64,000 bases of DNA from Scenedesmus sp. PABB004 (taxonomy: Eukaryota), in contig JABVCE010000011.1 in assembly GCA_014905635.1 (NCBI GenBank), positions 806,001 through 870,000 of the forward strand, read 5' to 3'. Shown here piece by piece: positions 1 to 13,965 of the stretch. Within the stretch, counting starts at the first letter, position 1; the number at the start of each line of letters is the position of its first letter. The position numbers were made by a program, and so were the translations under genes. The notes beneath the pieces are model-generated. The model was not told the DNA's origin, made no database searches, and was given only the letters and a program-made list of their open reading frames with translations.

Positions 1-382
1 CCGCCGACGTCGGTGGGACTGCGCGCGACGCCGATGCCGCCGAGCGCAGACAGCGCGCGCCGGGTGACTGCGGCGCGCAGGCCGCGCAGCCGCGCGGCGA
101 ACGCGATCACAGATCCCGAGCTCGGATCGGGAGCTCGCGAGCGCTCGCTGGCCCCCCAGAGTTAAGTTCCGCATCGGAGTTTGTGGGTGTGGGCGCAGCG
201 CGCCAAGACGCACCGCTTGGCCGCCGCCCCCGCAGTCTTGCCCGACTCACGCCCGAACGCCGAGGCCTAGAGCGCGCCCGGACCCGGTCAGCGCCGCGCG
301 TCGGCTCCCACGCCCGGGCGCGGACCGCTCCACGACCGCGGCCCGCGCAGAGAGGCACCGAGAGAGCGTGGCGCCGCGCGCT

Positions 383-1130
383 ATGCGGCCAGCCGTGCTC
401 AGCACGCTGCTGGTCGTGCTTGCTTGCCACGCGGCGGGCGCGACAGGTGGGGCGCGGGCGGATGCACACGCCAGCCTGGCGCCGGTGCCATCGCCGCGCG
501 CCGCCCGCTCGGCCGGGCGCGCGACCGGGCGCCTCTCGAGAGAACAAGGGGTCGTCGCTGCGTCGCCGCCGGCGTCGACTCACCCGCCGCGCCGCCGCTG
601 CCTGCCGCTGTGCCCTCGCAGGCGCCGCGGCGCGCCCTGCGCTCCCCCACCGCCGCGCGCTGCGCGTAGCGGGCGATCCTGCGGGCCACGGCATCACGCC
701 CCCCGGCGGCGAGCCTGCGGCTGCGGCCGGCTCCGCGCCGGGCAACGGGGGCGGCGCCGAGCCGTGCCAGCACCTCACGCGGCGCCGCGACGCCGGGCTG
801 CGCCGCGCCTTGGGCGGCGCGCGCAGCCCCGACCTGCACACCAAGGCTGTGCCCGACGTCCGCGCGCGCGGCGAGTCCGCGGGCCAGCCGGCGGGCGCGG
901 CGGCGGCCGCCGGCGCGGCGGCGCATCGCGTGGCCGCCGCCGCGCTCTCGGCGGATGCGCAGCAGCAGCGGGACGTGCGCACGCAGCACCTGGTCGCGAG
1001 CTTCATGGAGGCCGGGCGGGCCCAACTGAACGGCATGCTGCTGGAGGAGTTCAAGGCCGAGGGCGCCGCGACGCCGCCGGGGCATGGCCACGGCGCCGAG
1101 CCGCCCCGCGGTGACGCGGACGGGCATTGA
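383..1130 (+). CDS. Hypothetical secreted protein (2 exons)
   Basis: ATG at 383 gives a signal-peptide-like start, MRPAVLSTLLVVLACHAAGAT. A GT-AG intron at 447-621 joins in frame to the reading ending ...HLVASFMEAGRAQLNGMLLEEFKAEG...DADGH* at 1130. No family recognised. Confidence 0.5.
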
Positions 1131-2149
1131 GGCGGCGCGCGGCGCGGGGCCACCGCCTTGGGGGGTGCCACGCACGGCACGCGGGGGCGCCGGGCGGGCA
1201 TCCGTCGGCGGCTGAGCTGGGGGAGGGGGAGTGCCTGCTGACCCGGCGCCCCGGCTGGCAGAGCGCGCGCGCGTCGTCCGACGCGCGACGGACGGCCAGA
1301 TTTTGACCGGGGCGCTCGGCGACGCAGGGGGCGGCGAGGGGGCATTGCTTGGGCACGAACCTGCATGCTTGGCGAGTATGGGAGAGGCGCAACGCCTGCA
1401 GCACTGGCCGTACGATGCACATACTAAATTCCCGCCCGCTTGCAGACGGGTGGACGCACGCACCGGCGCGTGCCGCGCGGGGCCTCCTGCTGGCCCTGCT
1501 GCGCCGCGCGCGGGCACGCGGCGCACAGGCACCACACGCACCACACACATGCACTGGGCGAACCAGCGCGTGCGCCCTCCCGCGCAGTCAGCGCTGCTTA
1601 CTAACTAACAAAAGGGAGCGCAACGCTGACAGAGAACGCTGCAACGCGGACGGCGGCGCCGCGGCGGCGCGCGCAGTTGCGCACGAGAGGAGCGGAGGGG
1701 TGTTGTCGCAATCACAGTTTTGGCCGCGCCGCGTGCGCTCTCAAAACGGCCCCGCCGACGAAGCGCTGGCTCTTCTTTTCACACCCCTAGGCGGCGCGCG
1801 TGCGCTGGCTGCCCAAGCTGACCTGTCGAGGGGGGGAGGGGGCCCTCCGCTGAGCGCGCCTGCCGCCTGGCACGCGCCCGCCTGCGGCAGCGTCGAGGTA
1901 TGTACTGATGATCGACGCCATGTTGAGGCCGTGTGTCACGTGTGCGTGTTGTGTGTGTACTAGTGTTGTGCGACGGTGTATGTGCGCGGATGTGCGACCT
2001 GGCTGCGCTGGTAAACCGGTCCCGAGTTACCGCCACAAAACTGAACAGCGCCGCGGCGCCTCGAGAGTGTACAGGCAGGGGCGGCGCACCGCCCGCTCGG
2101 CCCCGCCAGCGCCAGCGCCGATCGCGCCGCACCGCGCCGCGGCTCGCGG

Positions 2150-3950
2150 TCAGCGCAGCGCGCCCGCGCGCAGCACGTCGACCATGGAGTAGACCTTTTG
2201 CTCCGCGCCCTCGCGCGCCGCCTTTGCGAGGAAGAGCACCGCGTCGACGGTGCCCTCGGCGTAGATGGAGCGCCCTGTGACGTTGTGCCGGAACACAAAC
2301 TCGACGCTGCCGTCGGGGCTGAGCAGCTGGTAGGTGTGGAACGCGTGGCCGTCGAGCGACTCCTCGGGCACGCGCATGACCTCGAGCTGGCTCATGCGGT
2401 CGCGCACCTTGCGGATGTCGCTCTGCGGCGCGGCGCGCGCGGCGGGGCGGCCCCGGCGCGGCGGCGGCGGCGCGCGTGGGCAGGGCGGGCGCGGCCGCGG
2501 CGCGAGGGTGGTGCATGCGGGGCGCCGGCGCGGCCACGCGGCGTGCGGCGTGCGGCGGCCGTGCCTCCTTGACGTCGAGCCCCATCGCGGCAAAGCTCTG
2601 CACGACGGCCTTGGCGGTGCCGCTCGTGTCGGCCTTGTTGCGCTGGTGGCTCTCCACGACGCTGAGGGTGTAGCCCGCAAAGACGCCCGGGAAGTTGGTG
2701 GCCATGAGCTCCATCATCGCCTGGAACGCGACGACCTGGGAGCAGCGCCGGCGCGACGAGCGGGGGCGCGAGCGGGGGCGTCGGCCGGCGGCGCGCCAGC
2801 GCGGGCGAGCAGGGGCGTCGCGCGGCGAGCGAGAAGGGGCGCTCGCGCGCGCGCGCGCGCGGCCGCGCCTGCTTGCCCATCTGCGGCGACACGACCGCGT
2901 ACACGCCCGCCGCCTCGGCCGCCGCCGCGACCTTGGTGGGGTCGCCGCCTGCGCGCGGGCGGGCCCGGACGGGGACGGGGCGGGCGCGGGTCGGCGACGC
3001 GGCGGCGGGCGGGCGCGCGGCCGCCGGCGCGCTGCCCGGCGGCCGGCGGCCAGCCGCGCGGCCGTGAGCGCCGCGCGCCCGCCTGCGCAGGTGCCCACCT
3101 GTCGTGCCCATGACAAACGGCACCCCGTTCTCCGCGTAAAACTGCGCGTTGTCTGCGGCGGCGAGCGCGCGGCGGCAGCGTCAGCGGCGGCGGCAGGCGC
3201 CGGCCGCTGCTGCCACGGGGCGCTGCCTGCCGCTGCTGCCGGACGCTGGCGGTCGCTGCCGCGAGGCGCGGCCAGCCGCTGCTACTGCTGCCGCCGCCGG
3301 GCGCTGCCGCCGCCTGCGCCGACCCGGCGCTGCGCCGCCTGCTGCGCCGCCGCCGCAGGCGCCCCGCCCGCCCGCCCCGCCCCGCGCGGCCCGCTGCGCC
3401 GGCGCCCCCCCCCCTCCCTCCCCAAACACCCACACACACACACCGTTGACGCAGTAGGGCGTGGTGTAGTCGACGATGATGAGGTTTGGGTGGTCCTTCC
3501 GTATGCTGGCCAGCGCCGCGGCGCGGCGGTCCTTGCCCACGACCTCGACCGGCACGCCCGCGACGCCGATGTTTGACACCGCCACGCCCGCGGAGTAGCC
3601 CGTGAGCGTGAAGGGCACGAGCGTCAGCCCCGCCGCGACGACCGCCTCCGCGGCGGCGTGGCCCATCTGCGGCGCGCGCGGCGGGCGCAGCGGGGTCGGC
3701 GGCGCATGCATGCGGGCCGCGCCGCGCGTCGCGCGGGCGCACGCACCCGGCCGGTGCAGCTGTTGACCATGACGTGCGGCGCGTCCGCGCCCAGCTCCAG
3801 CCGCGGCGCGGGCTGCAGCGTGCTCGCGGGCGCGGCGGCGCAGCGGCAGCGGCGCCGCGGTCCCGCCGCTGCTGCGCCGCGCGCCGCGCCGGCGCCGGGC
3901 GGCGCCGCGCCGCCGCGGCGGCCGCAGCCCGCCGGGCGCGCCGCCTGCAT
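2150..3950 (-). CDS. dapB: 4-hydroxy-tetrahydrodipicolinate reductase (plant/plastid-type DapB), 6 exons
   Basis: Spliced peptides VMVNSCTGR|MGHAAAEAV, IIVDYT, VPFVMGTTG, VVSPQMGKQ|VVAFQAMME, VVESHQRNKADTSGTAKAV, GHAFHTY and HNVTGRSIYAEGTVDAVLFL match plant DapB. The Ala/Arg-rich N-terminus resembles a transit peptide. Confidence 0.92.
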
Positions 3951-4444
3951 GGCGCCTGGGGGCTGCGGCCCGGCCGGGGCGTGTGCTGCGGCCGGGAGGG
4001 GGGCTCGCGCGAGGGGCGTGGGCGCGTGTGCGATGAGCACCCGGGCGCGTTGCGGCGCTGGCGATGCAGCGAGCTCGTGGGCGGCGTGGGGAGGCCAAAT
4101 GAGGGCGACGAGCGACGGGGGCCGATCAAACTGCAACAGAGCGGCAGAAGAACCGGCCGTGCGTCGAATCCGCTGTCCGGCTGCTGCTCGCGCCCACCCC
4201 CGGCGCACCCCGACCTCCCCACCCGCTCCACGCCAGCCCTCCCGCGCAGCGCCGGTGCTGCGGCCGCGCCCAACCCCCACCCCTCGCCGCGCGCAGCGTG
4301 GCGGGACGCCGGCGAGCTCCCCGGCGCGCTCTCAGGTCTCTGGGGCCGCCACAGCCGGCGTGGGCGGTCTCACGCGCGGGGTGAGCGGCAACAGCAGATG
4401 CCACCTCGCACCTAGCCCGCCCGTCGCCCCGAGGCCCCGGCGCC

Positions 4445-5777
4445 ATGGCTGGCGCCGCGACGGTCATCCACGCGGTTGGCAGCAAGGTCTGGGTCAAGGA
4501 TGAGGCGGAGAGCTGGGTCAAGGCGGAGGTGGCGAAGCTGGATGGCGAGGGAGGCACGCTCATCGTCTCCACCGAGGGCTCGGGCGAGCTGCGCAAGGTC
4601 AAGCCGGAGGATGCGCCCCTGCAGAACGTGGACACGCGCGGCGTGGAGGTGCGGGGCCCGGGGCGCGCCGGCGCGGGCGCGGCGCCGCGCGCGGCAGCAG
4701 CGGCGGCGGTTGCGCGCGCCGCGCCGCGCGCCGACGAGCCGACGCGCCGCGCCGCGCGCGCGCCGCGCAGGACATGACGCGCCTCTCGTACCTGCATGAG
4801 CCGGGCGTGCTGTGGAACATCAAGACGCGCTACGACTACGACGACATCTACACGTACACCGGCAGCATCCTCATCGCGGTCAACCCCTTTGCGCCGCTGC
4901 CGCACATCTACGGGCCCCACATGATGGACCAGTACCGCGGCGCCGACCTCGGGGACCTCTCGCCCCACGTCTACGCCATCGCCGACGCGGCGTACCGCCA
5001 GATGCGCAAGGAGCTCAAGGGACAGTCCATCCTGGTGCGCCGGCGGCGGCGGCGCGGCGGCGGTAGTGGCGGCGCGGCGGCGGTAGTGGCGGCGCGGCGG
5101 CAGCGGCGTGCGGCAGCAGCGGCGTGCGGCAGCAGCGGCGTGCGGCAGCGGCGGCGTGCGGCAGCGGCGGCGTGCGGCAGCAGCGGCGTGCGGCAGCGGC
5201 GCGGCGCGTGATGACGGACGCCCGCCCGCGCGCGCAGGTGAGCGGCGAGTCGGGCGCAGGCAAGACGGAGACGAGCAAGCTCATCATGAAGTACCTCGCA
5301 TACATGGGCGGCTACATGGACGCCGCGGGCGGCAGCAGCGGCGGCGCCGCGCCCGGCGGCGGCCGCCGCCGCGCGGCGCAGAGCGGGCGCAGCGTCGAGG
5401 AGCAGGTGCTGGAGAGCAACCCGCTGCTGGAGGCGTTTGGCAACGCCAAGACGGTGCGCAACAACAACAGCAGCCGGTTCGGCAAGTACGTGGAGATAAA
5501 CTTCAACGACGCCGGCGTCATCAGCGGCGCCGCGATCCGCACGTACCTGCTCGAGCGCAGCCGCGTCGTGAGCGTGAACAACCCGGAGCGCAGCTACCAC
5601 ATCTTCTACCAGGTGTGTGGGCCGGCGCACTGGCGGCGACGGCGGGGCTGGCGGGGCGGGCGGCGGGCGGAGCTGGCGGCGCTGGAGCTGGCGGCGGCAG
5701 CAGGGCTGGCGGCTGCAGCAGGGCTGGCGACGGCAGCAGGGCTGGCGACGGCAGCAGGGCTGGCGGCGGCAGCAGGG

Positions 5778-5844
<67 letters not shown>

Positions 5845-8800
5845 CAGCATCAGCAGGGGCTCATGGCAGCTCCCCCCCCTCACGCCCGCCGCGTCGCCGC
5901 GCCGCGTCGCCCGCAGCTCTGCGACGGCGCGAGCGCCGAGGAGCGCGCGCGCTGGTTCCTCAAGCCCGCGCCCGAGTTTGCCTACCTCAACCAGAGCACG
6001 TGCTTCGAGATCCCCGGCGACAGCAACGCTGAGGAGTACGAGGTGAGCTGTGCGGGCGGGACGGACAGCAGCTGTTGTTAGACACGACGCCCTGCCGCGC
6101 GCGGCGGCAGCTGGGCAGCGCTGGCGGGCGGCGGCCTCACCACATCCCTGTCTCCGCCGCTGCCGCCGCGGCGCAGCGCACGGTGAGCGCCATGTCAAAG
6201 GTCGGCATCCCGGCGGAGCAGCGCGAGGCCGTGTTTGCGACCGTCGCGGCGGTGCTGCACCTCGGCAACATCAGCTTCGTGGAGGGGCCCGAGCCCGACA
6301 GCAGCAAGGCCGCGCCCGGCAGCGCGCAGGAGCACCTCAGGGCCGCGGGTGCGGGCGCGGCGGCTGCCGCTGCGCGCTGCAGCGGCGGCAGCCTCGGGTC
6401 GCTCACACGCCGCTGCCGCTGCCGCCGCCGCCGCGCCGCCGCCGCTGCGGCGCGCAGCCAAGCTGCTGGGCGTCGACCCGGCGGGCCTGGAGCACGCGCT
6501 GACCACGCGCTCGCGCGTCATGCGCGAGGGCGTCATCGTGTCGCCGCTCAACGTCCGCGCCGCGGTCGAGAACCGGTGCGCGCCGCCGCCCGCGCCCGCA
6601 CGCGCTCCTCCCCGGCCCTTCCCCCGTCTTCCTGACCCGCGCCCACGCGCCGCGCCGCGCTTTGCGTGCAGCGACTCGCTCGCCAAGGTCGTGTACGCGA
6701 AGCTCTTTGACTGGCTCGTCGCCGCGGTCAACGCGGCGATCGGGGAGGACCCGTCCGCCGCGGCGAGCGTGGGCGTGCTGGACATCTACGGCTTTGAGAG
6801 CTTTGAGTACAACGACCTCGAGCAGTTCTGCATCAACCTCGCCAACGAGAAGCTGCAGCAGCACTTCAACCAGCACGGTGCGCCGCGGCGCCGCGGGGAG
6901 GGGAGGGGAGCCCGCGGGCGGCGGCGCGGGGAGCCCCCGGGGCCTGGGCGAGCCTGGGCGCGGCGGCGCGGCGCGCACGCGGGGCGGGCGCCGCGCGCGC
7001 GACGCGGCGCGGCGGCCGCCGCCCGCGCCGCGCAGTGTTCAAGCAGGAGCAGGCAGAGTATGAGCGCGAGCAGGTGCGCCGCACGCCGCACGCCGCCGCG
7101 CGCAGCACGCCGCGCGCCGCCCGCGCGCCGCTACGCGCGTCTCTCTGCTCGCCGACGCGCCGCCGCCCGCCCGCCTGCGCCCGCGCGCCGCGTGTCGCCG
7201 CGCGTCGCGGCCGCCAGATCGACTGGAGCTACATCCAGTTTGTGGACAACCAGGACGTGCTGGACCTCATCGAGGGCCGCCTCGGCGTGCTGGACCTGCT
7301 CGACGAGCAGTGCCGCTTCCCCACCGCGACGCACAAGGCGCGCGCGCGCACGCGCGAGCGTGCGCCCCTCCGCCGCGCGCCGCGCTGGCGGCTCGCTCGC
7401 GGCGCCCGCGCGCCCAGCCCGCTGCGCCCAGCCCGCCGCGCCCAGCCCGCCGCGCCCAGCCCACCGCGCCCGCGCGCGTGCGTGTGCGCGCCGCAGGACC
7501 TCGCGGAGAAGCTCTACGGCACGCCGAGCGTGCGCGACAGCGGGCGGTTCAGCAAGCCCAAGCTGAGCCAGACGGCCTTTACCATCGCGCACTACGCTGG
7601 CCCCGTGACCTACCAGACTGAGAACTTCCTGGACAAGAACAAGGACTTTGTGGTCGCCGAGCACCAGGCGCTGCTCGAGGCGAGCGCGACGCCCTTCGTG
7701 CGCGAGCTCTTCGCCGGCGGCGAGCCGGTGCGGCGGCGGCTGCGCGCGCGCGCGGCGCGGCGCGGGGTGCCGTGCGCGCGCGCCGGGGAGGAGCCCGCGC
7801 GGCGGCGGCGCGGCGCGCCCACCGCGCGCCCGCCTGCCGCGCCGGCCGCGCCCCGCGCGCGCAGCAGGCCGAGGGCGAGGGCGGCAAGGCGTCCGCGCCG
7901 CGCGCCGCGTTCAAGTTCAACAGCGTGGGCAGCCAGTTCAAGCGCCAGCTCGGCGAGCTCATGGCGCAGCTGCACACCATGGAGCCCCACTACGTGCGCT
8001 GCGTGAAGCCCAACGGCCTCAACCGGCCGGGCCTGTTCGAGAACTCCAACGTGCTGCACCAGCTGCGCTGCGGAGGTGCGCGCGCGCGGGGAAAGCGCGC
8101 GCGCACGCGCGTGCGCGCGCCGCCGCTCCGCACCGCGGCGCACGCGCCGGCGCCCACGCGCGCCGCGCGTCGCGTCGCCAGGCGTGCTCGAGGCGGTGCG
8201 CATCAGCTGCGCCGGCTTCCCCAGCAAGCGGCCTTTCCCTGACTTTGTGGACCACTTCTGGCCGCTCGCGCCGGAGCTGTACCACACGCCAGACCTCGAC
8301 GACAGGCGCGCGCTTGCGCCCGCCGCGCGCGCGCCGCAGGGCGCCGGCGTCGCGCGCCGGGCGCGGGGCGCGGCAGCTGGCTGCGCCGGCCGCCGGCGCG
8401 GCCCCGGGGCGCGCGCGCCGACGACGCGGCCGCCGCCGCGGCGCCGTCGCCCCGCCGCGCGCGCAGGGCGATCGCGGAGGGCGTGCTGCGCGCGAGCGGG
8501 CTGGAGGGGTACCAGCTGGGCACGTCCAAGGTCTTCCTGCGCGCGGGGCAGATGGCGCTGCTGGACAAGCAGCGAACAGAGAAGCTCTCCGCCGCGGCCA
8601 CGCTGCTGCAGCGCCACGCGCGCGGCTTCCTCGCGCGCCTGCACTACCGGCAGGCCCAGGCCGCGGTCCTGCGCATGCAGGCGTTTGCGCGCGGCGCGCT
8701 CGCGCGCAAGCTCGTGCGCGGGCTGCGCGAGCAGCGCGCGGCGGTGGTCATCCAGACCGCGTGGCGGCGGCACCAGATGCGCCAGCGCTACCAGGCGGTC

Positions 8801-11800
8801 GTCCACACCATCACGCACCTGCAGGCACGCGGCTCCGCGCGCGCCGCCGCTGCGCCGTTCTCGCGGCGCGGCCGCCGCCCCGGCCCGCGCGCGCGCCCAC
8901 GCGCCGCCGCCCGCCGCCGCCCCGCCGCCGCCGCCGCCGCGCCCGCAGGCGCTCTGGCGCGGCGTCGCGGCGCGCGCCGCGTACGCCGAGGCGCGGCGCG
9001 AGCGCGGCGCGCTGGTCATCCAGTCCAACTGGCGCGGCGCGGTCGCGCGCGGCGAGTTTGCGGCGCTGCGCGGCGCGGCGACGACGCTGCAGAACGCGTT
9101 CAGGGTCAAGGCCGCCGCGGCGGAGCTGCGGCACCTCAAGAGCGAGGCGCGCGAGGCCGGCAAGCTGCTGGAGGACAAGAAGGTCCTGGAGACCAAGGTG
9201 CGGCGGCGCTGCACCTTGGGGGCCAGCGGGCAGGCCAGGCGGCGGGCCCGCCGCCGGCGCAGCCCACGAGCAGCAGCCCTGCGTGCGTCGGGGCCGCGCC
9301 ACGTGCCCACGCCCGCCCGGCGCCTGCCGCCGCGCCGCGCCGCGCCGCGCCGCAGCTCAAGGAGGCGCAGGCCACGCTGGAGCTGGTGCAGGGGCAGCGC
9401 AACGAGCTGCGGCAGGAGGTCAAGGAGCTCAAGGCGGCGCTGGCAGAGGCGGCCGCCGTGCAGCAGGTGCGCGCCGGGCAGGGGAGGGCGCGCGGCGGCG
9501 GCCGTGCGCTGGGCCGGCGAGCGCCGAGCGCGTGCGCGTGACCCGCTCATCTGCTCGCGAGGGGCCGGGGGCGGAGGAGACGGCGCCGCACAGGAGCGGC
9601 ACTGCCCGCCGCCGCCGCCGCCTCTCCCGTGCGCGCAGGCCGCCGCCGCGGACCGCGAGGCGGCGCTCGAGGCGGCGCGCGACGAGGCGGCCGCGCAGCT
9701 GCGCGCCGCGCAGGAGGGCGCCGCCGCGGCGCAGGCGCTGCTCGCCGAGGCGCAGACGGCGGCCGCGGCCGAGGCCGCGCGCGTCGCGGGCGACCGGGGC
9801 GAGCTGGACAAGCAGCTCAAGGTCGCGCAGGTGCGACCGCGGCGCCGGCACCGCCGGCCACACCGCCGCCGCCCGCCCGCCGTGCGCTTCCGTCCGTCCC
9901 TCGCCCGCCCCACGCTGCACGCCGCCGCGCCGCGCGCGCCGCGCCGCGCCGCCGCCGCCTGCCAACCCTGTTGTCCTGCGCCCTGCGCCCTGCGTCGCGC
10001 GTGCCCCGCAGGACTACATCCAGCGCCTCATGGCTGAGAAGGCCGACCTGGACAAGCGCTTCCACGGCATGAAGGACGAGCTCATCACGCGCCTGCAGAA
10101 CGCGTGCGCGCAGCGCGACGAGGCGCGCGCCCAGGTGCGCCGCGCGCGGCGGCCGGGCGGCGGCGGCGCGGGCGGCGCCGCGCGGGGCTGAGTCTGTGTG
10201 TGGGGCAGCGGCGCTGCTGCTGGTGCTGGCGCTGCTGCTGCTGCTGCTGCTGCTGCTGCCGACCCCGCCGCCGTGGCCACACGCCCCCGCCCCCCCCCCT
10301 CTGCAGGTCATGGAGTTGGACAACCGGCTGCAGAAGGCCGCCGCCGACGCGGTGAAGCAGCAGGACGAGACGCGCAAGGCGGTCGCGGCGGCGGCCGCCG
10401 CCGCGGCGAGCGCGCCGCCCGCCGCCGCGCAGCCCGCGGCGCCGCCGGCCGCGGCGGGCGCGCCGCCCGCGGCCGTCGGCCCCGACGGCGCGCCGCTCGC
10501 CAACGGCGACGGCACGGTGCTGGGCAGCATGCGCAAGCAGGCGGGCGCAATGCTGCAGCAGGCGCCGGGCTACGCGCGCATGCTGGGCGAGTCGCTGGGC
10601 ATGGCGGGCCACCCCGACGGCGCAGGGCTGGGCGGCCCGGAGCACGTCCCCGGCGGCTACGACGGCCGGCCGCCGCACCTGCAGGAGACGGAGCTGGAGC
10701 GCAAGACGCGCGAGCTGCAGGCGCGTGACCCGGCCGCGCCGCCGCACAGCCCCGCCCCGCGCGGGCGCCCCGCGCGCGCGCCGCCGCCGCTGGCGCTGAC
10801 GCGCCGCCGCGCGGCCGCCTCCGCCGCTGCCCCTCAGGCCAAGCAGGCGCAGCTGATCCAGGAGAAGCGCAAGCAGGAGGAGGAGCGGCTGCTCGCGGCG
10901 CTGGCGGCGCCGATGGGCTTCCACAAGGGCAAGCCGCTCGCGGCGCTGGTCGTCTTCCGCGCGTGCCTGCAGTGGCGCGCGTTCCAGGCCGACCGCACGA
11001 GCGTGTTCGACAGGATCATCCAGGTCATTGGCAGCCAGATCGAGCGGCAGCAGGACGACAACGCCTGCCTCGCGTACTGGCTGACCAACACGGTCACGCT
11101 GCTGCACCTGCTGCAGCGCAACATTAAGCCCGCGAGCGGCAGCAGCGGCAGCGTCAAGCGCGTCGCTGCGGCGGCGGGGCGCAGCATCATGGGCGGGCTC
11201 TTCGGCCGGCAGCCCATGGGCGGTGCGCCCGCCCGCCCGCGCCGCGCGCCGCGCCGCCGCCGCCGGCTCGCGGCCCTCGCCCCGCCACGCGCGCGCGCCC
11301 ACCTGCTGCTCGCCCGCCCACGCACTCACCAACCCGCTCGCCCCCGCCCGGCCCGGGGCCGCGCGCGCGCACGACCGCGCGCAGGCGAGGCGTCCATCCA
11401 CGGCGGCGGCGTGGGCGGGTTCCGCCTGGTGGAGGCCAAGTACCCGGCGCTGCTGTTCAAGCAGCAGCTCGACGCGTTTGTGCAGAAGATCTTCCCCATG
11501 ATGCGCGACAACGTCAAGAAGGCCATCACGCCCATGCTCGTGCGCTGCGCGCTCGCCCGCGCGCGCCGCGCGCGTTGCCGCCGCGCGCCGCGCGCGTGCC
11601 GGCGCGCCGCCGCCGCGGCGGCCGTCGGTTGGTTCGGCGGCCGCGCGCTCACGCGCGCCGCGCCGCGCCGCGCCGCGTGCGGCCGTGCAGGGCCACTGCA
11701 TCCACACGCCGCGCGGCGGCCACGGCCGCGGCGGCGCGGCGCTCACGAGCCGGCGCAACAGCGGCGGCGCGGCGCTCGCGGGCGGCGCCGGCGGCGCGGG

Positions 11801-13082
11801 CGCGGCCGCCGACGCGCAGAGCAAGGCGTGGGGCGACATCCTGGCCGTGTTTGACGAGCTGCTCGCCAAGCTGCGCGACAACCACGTCCCCAAGCCGCTC
11901 GTGCAGGCGCTGTTCCGGCAGCTCTTCAGCTTTGTCAACGTGCAGCTCTTCAACCAGCTCCTCCTGCGCCGCGAGTGCTGCAGTTTCAGCAACGGCGAGT
12001 ACGTCAAGACCGGCCTCGCGCAGGTGCCGACCGACCGCGCGCGGGCAACGAGTGGGCGCCGCGCGGCGGCGCCGCACGGCGCGCGGGCGCGGGCGCGGCA
12101 CGGTGCTGCCGCGTGGGCGCCGCGTGCGCGCGCACCGCGCTGACCGGCCGGCGCGCGCCGCCGCGGCGGCCTGCCTGCTCCCGGGTGCCAGGTCGAGAGC
12201 TGGATCATGGAGCGCGGCAACGAGTGGGTGGGCGAGAGCTGGGACGAGCTCAAGTTCATCCGCCAGGTGTGCCGCGGCGCGGCACGGCGCGGCACGGCGT
12301 GGCACGGCGCGGCGCGGCGCGCTCCCGCCCCGCCCGCGCTCGGTCGCTGCGCGGCGGCCGCTGACACACGCACATGCGCGCCGTCACGCCGCGCGGCGCG
12401 GCGGCGGGTCGCCACAGGCGGTGACGTTCCTGGTGATCGGCAACAAGCCCAAGAAGAGCCTCGACGACATCACGCGCGACCTCTGCCCCGTGCTGTCCAT
12501 CCAGCAGCTGTACCGCATCTCCACGATGTACTGGGACGACAAGTACAACACAGAGACCGTGTCGAGCGAGGCGCGCGACGGGGCCGCCCGCTGCTGCGCG
12601 GCCGCGGCACGCGCCGGGGCCGCTGCGACCGCTGCGACGCGGCGCCGGCGGCGGCGAGGGGGCTGCGCCTGACTTGTCGCGCCGCGTGCCGCCGCCGCGG
12701 TCCGCGCAGGTGCTGGGTCGCATGAAGCAGGCGATGGTGGAGCACAGCAGCAGCGCGAGCCACAGCTTCCTGCTGGACGACGACTCCACGCTGCCCTTTG
12801 CGGCCAACGACATACTCGCGCAGATGGACGACAAGGTGCGCGGGCGAGGGGGAGCGTCGGGCGTTGGAGGCCCTGGGCGGCGCGCGAGCGCGCCGCGCGG
12901 GGTGCGGGCGCCGGCGCGCCCGCCCGCGCCCTCACGCGCGCCGCCGCGCTCGCCCGTCCGGCTGCGGCGCTGCGCCACAGGACCTGTACGTCGCGCTGCC
13001 CGTGCCGGACGCGCTCAAGGGCGGCGACGGCGGCGGCAGCTGGGCGTTCCTGGAGAAGGAGCTGCGGTTCAGCCAGATGTGA
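4445..13082 (+). CDS. Class XI myosin (SH3-like N-terminus, motor, IQ repeats, coiled coil, DIL cargo domain), about 25 exons
   Basis: Motor motifs [22 protein letters not shown] (P-loop), [27 protein letters not shown] and [12 protein letters not shown] motifs such as IQTAWRR and IQSNWRG. The DIL tail [53 protein letters not shown] and SFLLDDD is diagnostic of myosin XI. Confidence 0.96.
5781..5840 (+). repeat. (GCA)n microsatellite in a myosin intron, preceded by imperfect 18-bp repeats
   Basis: About 20 perfect GCA units lie inside the intron that starts at 5613, after several GGCAGCAGGGCTGGCG(A/G)C copies. Confidence 0.9.
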
Positions 13083-13310
13083 GCCGCCGCCGCTGCCCGC
13101 TGAGCGGCAGGCAGCCGCGGCGGGACGGGGCGCTGGTGCGGCGCGGCCGCGCTGGGCGGCCGCCGGCGGTCGCGGCCGGGGCGTGGGCGGCAGCCGCGGG
13201 CGGCCCAGCTGCGCGGCGACGCTGGGGCATCGGTGGCAGGGGCAGGGCTCTCAGGGCGGCGGCCGGCTGCGCGCGGCGCCCCGCTTCATTGATCTTGGGG
13301 GCGGGGCGGA

Positions 13311-13902
13311 TTAGGCAGCTGTGGCTCTGACAGAGGAGCGTGCGCGCGTGCAACAGACAAGCGCTGTGGCTGGTGCGCGCGCAGCGAGACTGTTTGTTTG
13401 CCTCTCCTGGCCGCGGGCAACCTCGCGGCGCGCACCCGCAACGACCCCCGGCGACGACCACAGCACGCTGCACGCCGCGCAGCACACGCTACATGGAGTT
13501 GGTCTGCCGCAGCGCCGCCGCGCCCGCCACGTCGGCGGGTGAGAGGAAGCCGGCCCCTCGTCGCCGGCCGCCGCGTCGTCGGCGAGCAGCAGCCGCACGC
13601 TCTCGTCCAGGTCGCCGGGGCTGGGCGCGTCGCTGACAGCCATGCCCGCCGAGCCCGCCCGGCCCAGCGCGGGGCTGGACGCGCGCAGCAGCGGCCCCGA
13701 GCCCTGCGCCTGCACCAGCTGCGGCGGCGGCGCCAGCTGCGGCGGCCCCTGCAGCTGCTGCTGCACCTGCTGCTGCACCTGCTGCCCCGGCTGCGCCTGC
13801 TGCCCCAGCGCAGCGCCGCCGAGGGCGACGGCGTTGGGCGGCGCGCCGCTGAGCCCATTCATCGCCGGGGCAAGCGCCGGCGCTGCCGAGTAGATGTGCA
13901 CG

Positions 13903-13965
<63 letters not shown>

